Shown here one piece after another: positions 16,643 through 20,136 of a stretch of DNA of 20,136 nt. The position numbers were made by a program, and so were the translations under genes. The notes under the pieces were generated by a model. It was not told the DNA's origin, searched no databases, and saw nothing but the letters and a program-made list of their open reading frames with translations. Source of the DNA: an uncultured archaeon (GTDB lineage Archaea > Asgardarchaeota > Heimdallarchaeia > Heimdallarchaeales > Kariarchaeaceae); assembly GCA_964645535.1 (NCBI GenBank), contig CAZYCQ010000056.1, positions 1 through 20,136 on the forward strand. Direction: 5' to 3'. Every line of letters starts with the position of its first letter. Position 1 is the stretch's first letter.

Positions 16643-18155
16643 TCTTACCTCCAACCACAGTCATCAACACATTTGCTTTTTTTAGGAGATCAGGAGATGA
16701 TACAATATCATGGTCAAGGACGATGAAATCGGCGAGATAACCTGGCTCCAACTTTCCGAGTGTTGTAGATCGGTCAACAGCAGTAGCAGCACCGATTGTA
16801 TAGATCTCAATACCCTTCTCTATGGTAAGGCATTCCTCGGTATGCCATCCTTGTGGATAATCTTTTGTTTTCCTGAAAACAGCCGCATAGAGACCTTCCA
16901 GAGGGGAGGGGTTTTCTATCGGTGCATCAGAACCACCTGCACAAACGATTCCATTTTCCAATAAGGTTTTCCATGCATAGGAAAATTGGATTCTGGAACC
17001 CACTCTAGATTCAGCCCAATTGGCATCAGAGTAAATGAAGGGTGGTTGAATATTGGCAATGGTTTCGGTATCCTTCAGAAGTTGGATGACATGTGGTGAG
17101 AGTATTTGACAATGTGTAAGAATCTGCCTCTTCAGACCCAATTGTTTGTATTGTTCAAGTACCTGTTCAGCGGCTCTGTCACCGATGGCATGGGTCTCTG
17201 TCTTGAAACCTCTTGAAACAATATTGGCAATCATTTCTCGAAGTTCATCAGTTTCATGAATCAGCACACCCCTTCCTTCAGGGTCTTTTGCACTTCCATC
17301 ACTGTAAGGTTCACCAAGGGCTGCGGTAGAAGCACCCAATGAACCATCCGCGAATAGCTTTACTCTTTCGATGCTGAACAGACCGAAACCATCCTTCACT
17401 TTGATTTCAGGGTTTTCCATGAAATCTTTGTATGGAAGAGTCAAGAATACCCTTACGGGGAGTTCGTCTTTTTCAGCTAGCAGACGATAAGAATCCCATG
17501 CCTTTGGATCATTTGTATGAACCGAAGTCAAACCAACCTTGGCGCATTCCTTGAGACCTAGCTTGAATATCTTCAACCTAAGATCTTCATCGAAATTTTC
17601 AATGTGGGGAGTAACTAGTTTCAACGCTTCTTCTCGAAGGATTCCTGTTGGTTCTCCATTTTCCTTGTCAATCAGTCCCCCTTCCGGTGATGGAGTTGAG
17701 CGATCTACACCTAGGATTTCAAGAGCTTTTGAATTGACCACACCGATATGGTGACATGCCCTCAGAAGGACAACCGGTCGATCAGGAACAACGGCATCCA
17801 GATCGAATCTAGAAGGATAGACTTTTTCCTTGAAAAGATCTTGATCCCAGCCGAAACCGACAATCCAATCAAGTTCAGGGTTGGAAGAGGCATAATCAGC
17901 CAATCGTTGTTGAAGTTCTGATATTGAACCCACTTTTTGCAAGTTGAGTCTGAATGCAGTTCGCCCAAGAGAGTACACATGGATATGGGCATCCTGCAAG
18001 CCAGGAAGTACATAGTTTCCTTTCAGATCAATCATTTCATGAGATTGGGGAGGTGCACCGGTTCCGGTTTTGGTTATTTGACCTTCTTGATCAACTTCCA
18101 TCCAATCAAACAGCTTGCCATGGGACCAAAACTTACCATTATGATAGACTCGCAC
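16620..18155 (-). CDS. Amidohydrolase 3 family (YtcJ-like) metal-dependent hydrolase
   Basis: PGLQDAHIH, GFGWDQ, HIGVVNSKAL, PTGILRE, KLFADGSLG, HAIGD, HCQ, GSDAP, GKLEPGYLADF. Confidence 0.92.
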   Translation of the reverse strand: MRVYHNGKFWSHGKLFDWMEVDQEGQITKTGTGAPPQSHEMIDLKGNYVLPGLQDAHIHVYSLGRTAFRLNLQKVGSISELQQRLADYASSNPELDWIVGFGWDQDLFKEKVYPSRFDLDAVVPDRPVVLLRACHHIGVVNSKALEILGVDRSTPSPEGGLIDKENGEPTGILREEALKLVTPHIENFDEDLRLKIFKLGLKECAKVGLTSVHTNDPKAWDSYRLLAEKDELPVRVFLTLPYKDFMENPEIKVKDGFGLFSIERVKLFADGSLGASTAALGEPYSDGSAKDPEGRGVLIHETDELREMIANIVSRGFKTETHAIGDRAAEQVLEQYKQLGLKRQILTHCQILSPHVIQLLKDTETIANIQPPFIYSDANWAESRVGSRIQFSYAWKTLLENGIVCAGGSDAPIENPSPLEGLYAAVFRKTKDYPQGWHTEECLTIEKGIEIYTIGAATAVDRSTTLGKLEPGYLADFIVLDHDIVSSPDLLKKANVLMTVVGGKIRFQQDN

Positions 18156-18247
18156 GAATCCTTTTTTTGAGAGGATTAAAAAGGATTATTGAGCAGATAA
18201 ATTCATCTTTCGTTTAGAATTTATACAATAATGTTCGTTTCATCATA

Positions 18248-19576
18248 GTGATCCTGATACCTGAGCTTGACAAGAGCTGCCTCGTATTTTTATTTTCAAA
18301 GGTCAATGCAAATGCCATTTCTGCACTATTGGCTTCATTAGACATCCATCCCATTCTCAATCGTCTGGAGGTCTTTCTTCCGAATTACAAGGCAGATCCA
18401 GAAAGTTATGCAAAAGAATTACAACAATTTGAAAGAATAGTTTTGGCGGTGAGTGTTTTCTCAAGTCAGTTAGAGGATTATGCAGAAGCCATCAAGAAAT
18501 TTCGGAATTTCTTTGCAGAGAAAGAGATAGTAAGTATTGCAGGAGGCCCTCATCCCATCGGGGATCCGTTTTCCATGCTCATCAACGGCGCGGATTATGT
18601 GTGTACTGGAGAAGGAGAGATTGTCTTCCCAGAATTCATTCTTTGGTTCCTTGGAATGAAGAAAGATGTGGAAGAAGTTCCTGGCATAGCGTTTCTCAGA
18701 AACGGAAAGGTCATTAAAACACCAAAGCCGAAACCAATTGATTTGAACATGTATCCACCGTTTTCATCCAAGCACAATCTTTACAGGCCAATTGAAATAA
18801 CCAGAGGATGTGCATGGAAATGCAGGTTTTGCCAGATAAGAGCGCGGGGAGGACAGAAAGTCCGCCATCGGTCGCCTGAAACAGTGGCAAAATACGCTAA
18901 GATAATTCATGAAAGATTTAGGGATGTAGGAACCGATATCCGATTTATATCGCCAAACGCACTTTCATATGGGTCAGAAGATGGAAAACATATCAGGTTA
19001 GACATCGTTGAGGACATGCTGAAACGGGTAAGGGAAATTGTTGGTGATGAAGGAAGGATCTTTTTCGGGTCATTCCCCTCTGAGGTACGTCCTGAAACCA
19101 TTACGGAAGAAAGTGTCAAACTGCTGAAAAAATATTCCGATAGCCGAAGAATAATCGTCGGAGGGCAGTCGGGATCAATTGATGTTCTTGAAAAAGCTTC
19201 AAGAGGCCACACCCCTCAGGAAACTCTTAGAGCGGTGAAGCTTCTTTTGGAGAATGGGTTTGAGGTGGATGTAGACATTATCTTTGGACTTCCAGGAGAA
19301 ACTGAAGAAGATGTTATGGAAACGATAAGGCATATGGAGGAATTGACCGCTATGGGAGCCAAGATCCATTCTCATACCTTCATGCCACTTGTTGGAACAC
19401 CATTTGCCTCTGCCAATCCTGGAAAGATACATCCGAAGTACCGAAAGATAATTGCAAAGCTACAGGGAACACGAGGATTGAAAGGTCATCATGAACGGCA
19501 AGAGGAAATTGCGGAACGATTAGCGGTTAGAAGGAAACAGGAACGAAAAAAGAAAGGCAGCATCAGCCATAGTTGA
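18248..19576 (+). CDS. B12-binding domain/radical SAM protein (MJ1487-like family)
   Basis: AGGPH and GEGE cobalamin-domain motifs; EITRGCAWKCRFCQ (CxxxCxxC); FISPNALSYG, FGSFPSEVRPE, GQSGS, HTFMPLVGTP. Confidence 0.88.
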   Translation: MILIPELDKSCLVFLFSKVNANAISALLASLDIHPILNRLEVFLPNYKADPESYAKELQQFERIVLAVSVFSSQLEDYAEAIKKFRNFFAEKEIVSIAGGPHPIGDPFSMLINGADYVCTGEGEIVFPEFILWFLGMKKDVEEVPGIAFLRNGKVIKTPKPKPIDLNMYPPFSSKHNLYRPIEITRGCAWKCRFCQIRARGGQKVRHRSPETVAKYAKIIHERFRDVGTDIRFISPNALSYGSEDGKHIRLDIVEDMLKRVREIVGDEGRIFFGSFPSEVRPETITEESVKLLKKYSDSRRIIVGGQSGSIDVLEKASRGHTPQETLRAVKLLLENGFEVDVDIIFGLPGETEEDVMETIRHMEELTAMGAKIHSHTFMPLVGTPFASANPGKIHPKYRKIIAKLQGTRGLKGHHERQEEIAERLAVRRKQERKKKGSISHS

Positions 19577-19952
19577 TTGTTTTGGATACGGAAATTTGTG
19601 CTTGTCCAGAGTACGTTTTCTTGATTTTGGCTTCAATGGCATCAATTGTTTCAGCGATCTTTTGTCGGATTGTAACATCTTCCTCATCTTCCAAGGCCTT
19701 GAAAAGATAATCAATTGATCGTTCATCCACAAAGGTAGTCATGAGGTCAAGTGCAGCCAACTTGACAAATTTATTGCGATCGCAAAGAGCCTTGTAAGCA
19801 GTTGCAGTCAATCTATTCTGTGCACGGCACCGCTTATATAGATCAACAATTTTTTTTCTGGGGAGGGAGTCTGTTTTTCCTCTTCCATTTTGACTGAGCA
19901 TGTCCTGAGCCGGTTGGAACAGGTCATTCTGGAACTTCTCTAGATCAAACAC
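19563..19952 (-). CDS. HEAT/PBS-lyase-like repeat protein
   Basis: ALCDRNKFVKLAALDLM and LFKALEDEEDVTIRQKIAETI are HEAT-like repeats. The start is probably GTG 19952 or ATG 19901 rather than 20072, because an upstream gene appears to end at 20005. Confidence 0.65.
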   Translation of the reverse strand: MFDLEKFQNDLFQPAQDMLSQNGRGKTDSLPRKKIVDLYKRCRAQNRLTATAYKALCDRNKFVKLAALDLMTTFVDERSIDYLFKALEDEEDVTIRQKIAETIDAIEAKIKKTYSGQAQISVSKTINYG

Positions 19953-20004
19953 AACAGGTGAGTACCTTTGCCAAGTTAAAAATCCAAAGAATACATGGGT
20001 AATA

Positions 20005-20136
20005 TCAAGGGGATAAAGGAAGTTTGGGTTGCATAAGATGATCTTCTTGAAAAACAGAGGATTTTCCCTCACAGGATTTGATTCGATTGATACTTACCTT
20101 TTCTTTTGCAATGGTTATTTCAACAGTTGGATCAAA
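20005..20136 (-). CDS. 3' end of a gene entering from the right edge (partial, unknown product)
   Basis: Open frame from 20136 to TGA at 20005-20007: FDPTVEITIAKEKVSINRIKSCEGKSSVFQEDHLMQPKLPLSP*. Confidence 0.45.
   Translation of the reverse strand, partial: FDPTVEITIAKEKVSINRIKSCEGKSSVFQEDHLMQPKLPLSP

Noticed and set aside
19953-20072. N-terminal 40 aa of the 169-aa HEAT ORF
   Set aside because: It overlaps the apparent 3' end of an upstream gene in another frame; a later start is more plausible.
1-20136. CRISPR array, transposase, integrase or rRNA
   Set aside because: No regularly spaced repeats, recombinase/transposase motifs or rRNA-like sequence were seen by eye.

Overview
Archaeal chromosomal window, most likely from an Asgard (Heimdallarchaeia-like) archaeon. 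This is inferred from a Rab-like small GTPase without a prenylation motif, an RpoM/TFS-type zinc-ribbon protein, a ThiR regulator, a CTERM-like anchor on ThiB, and a tRNA without encoded CCA. The left end (1-~2640) is an AT-rich accessory block next to tRNA-Cys(GCA). It holds (i) a sugar-isomerase (SIS)-domain gene that the ORF track missed, running off the left edge and interrupted by an in-frame TAA at codon 13, (ii) a possible decayed membrane-protein remnant, and (iii) an HNH endonuclease. The rest looks like core genome: an N-ribbon-only TFS/RpoM paralog, an extended SDR, a catalytically degenerate dihydroorotase-like protein, a variant DUF151 nuclease-domain protein, ThiR divergent from thiBPQ with a candidate operator, a classical SDR, the Rab-like GTPase, a hypothetical protein, a winged-helix protein, pyroglutamyl peptidase I, a 2-hydroxyacid dehydrogenase, a GNAT, a YtcJ-like amidohydrolase, a B12-binding radical SAM protein, a HEAT-repeat protein and the 3' end of a further gene. 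All calls come from manual motif recognition; no database searches were run.
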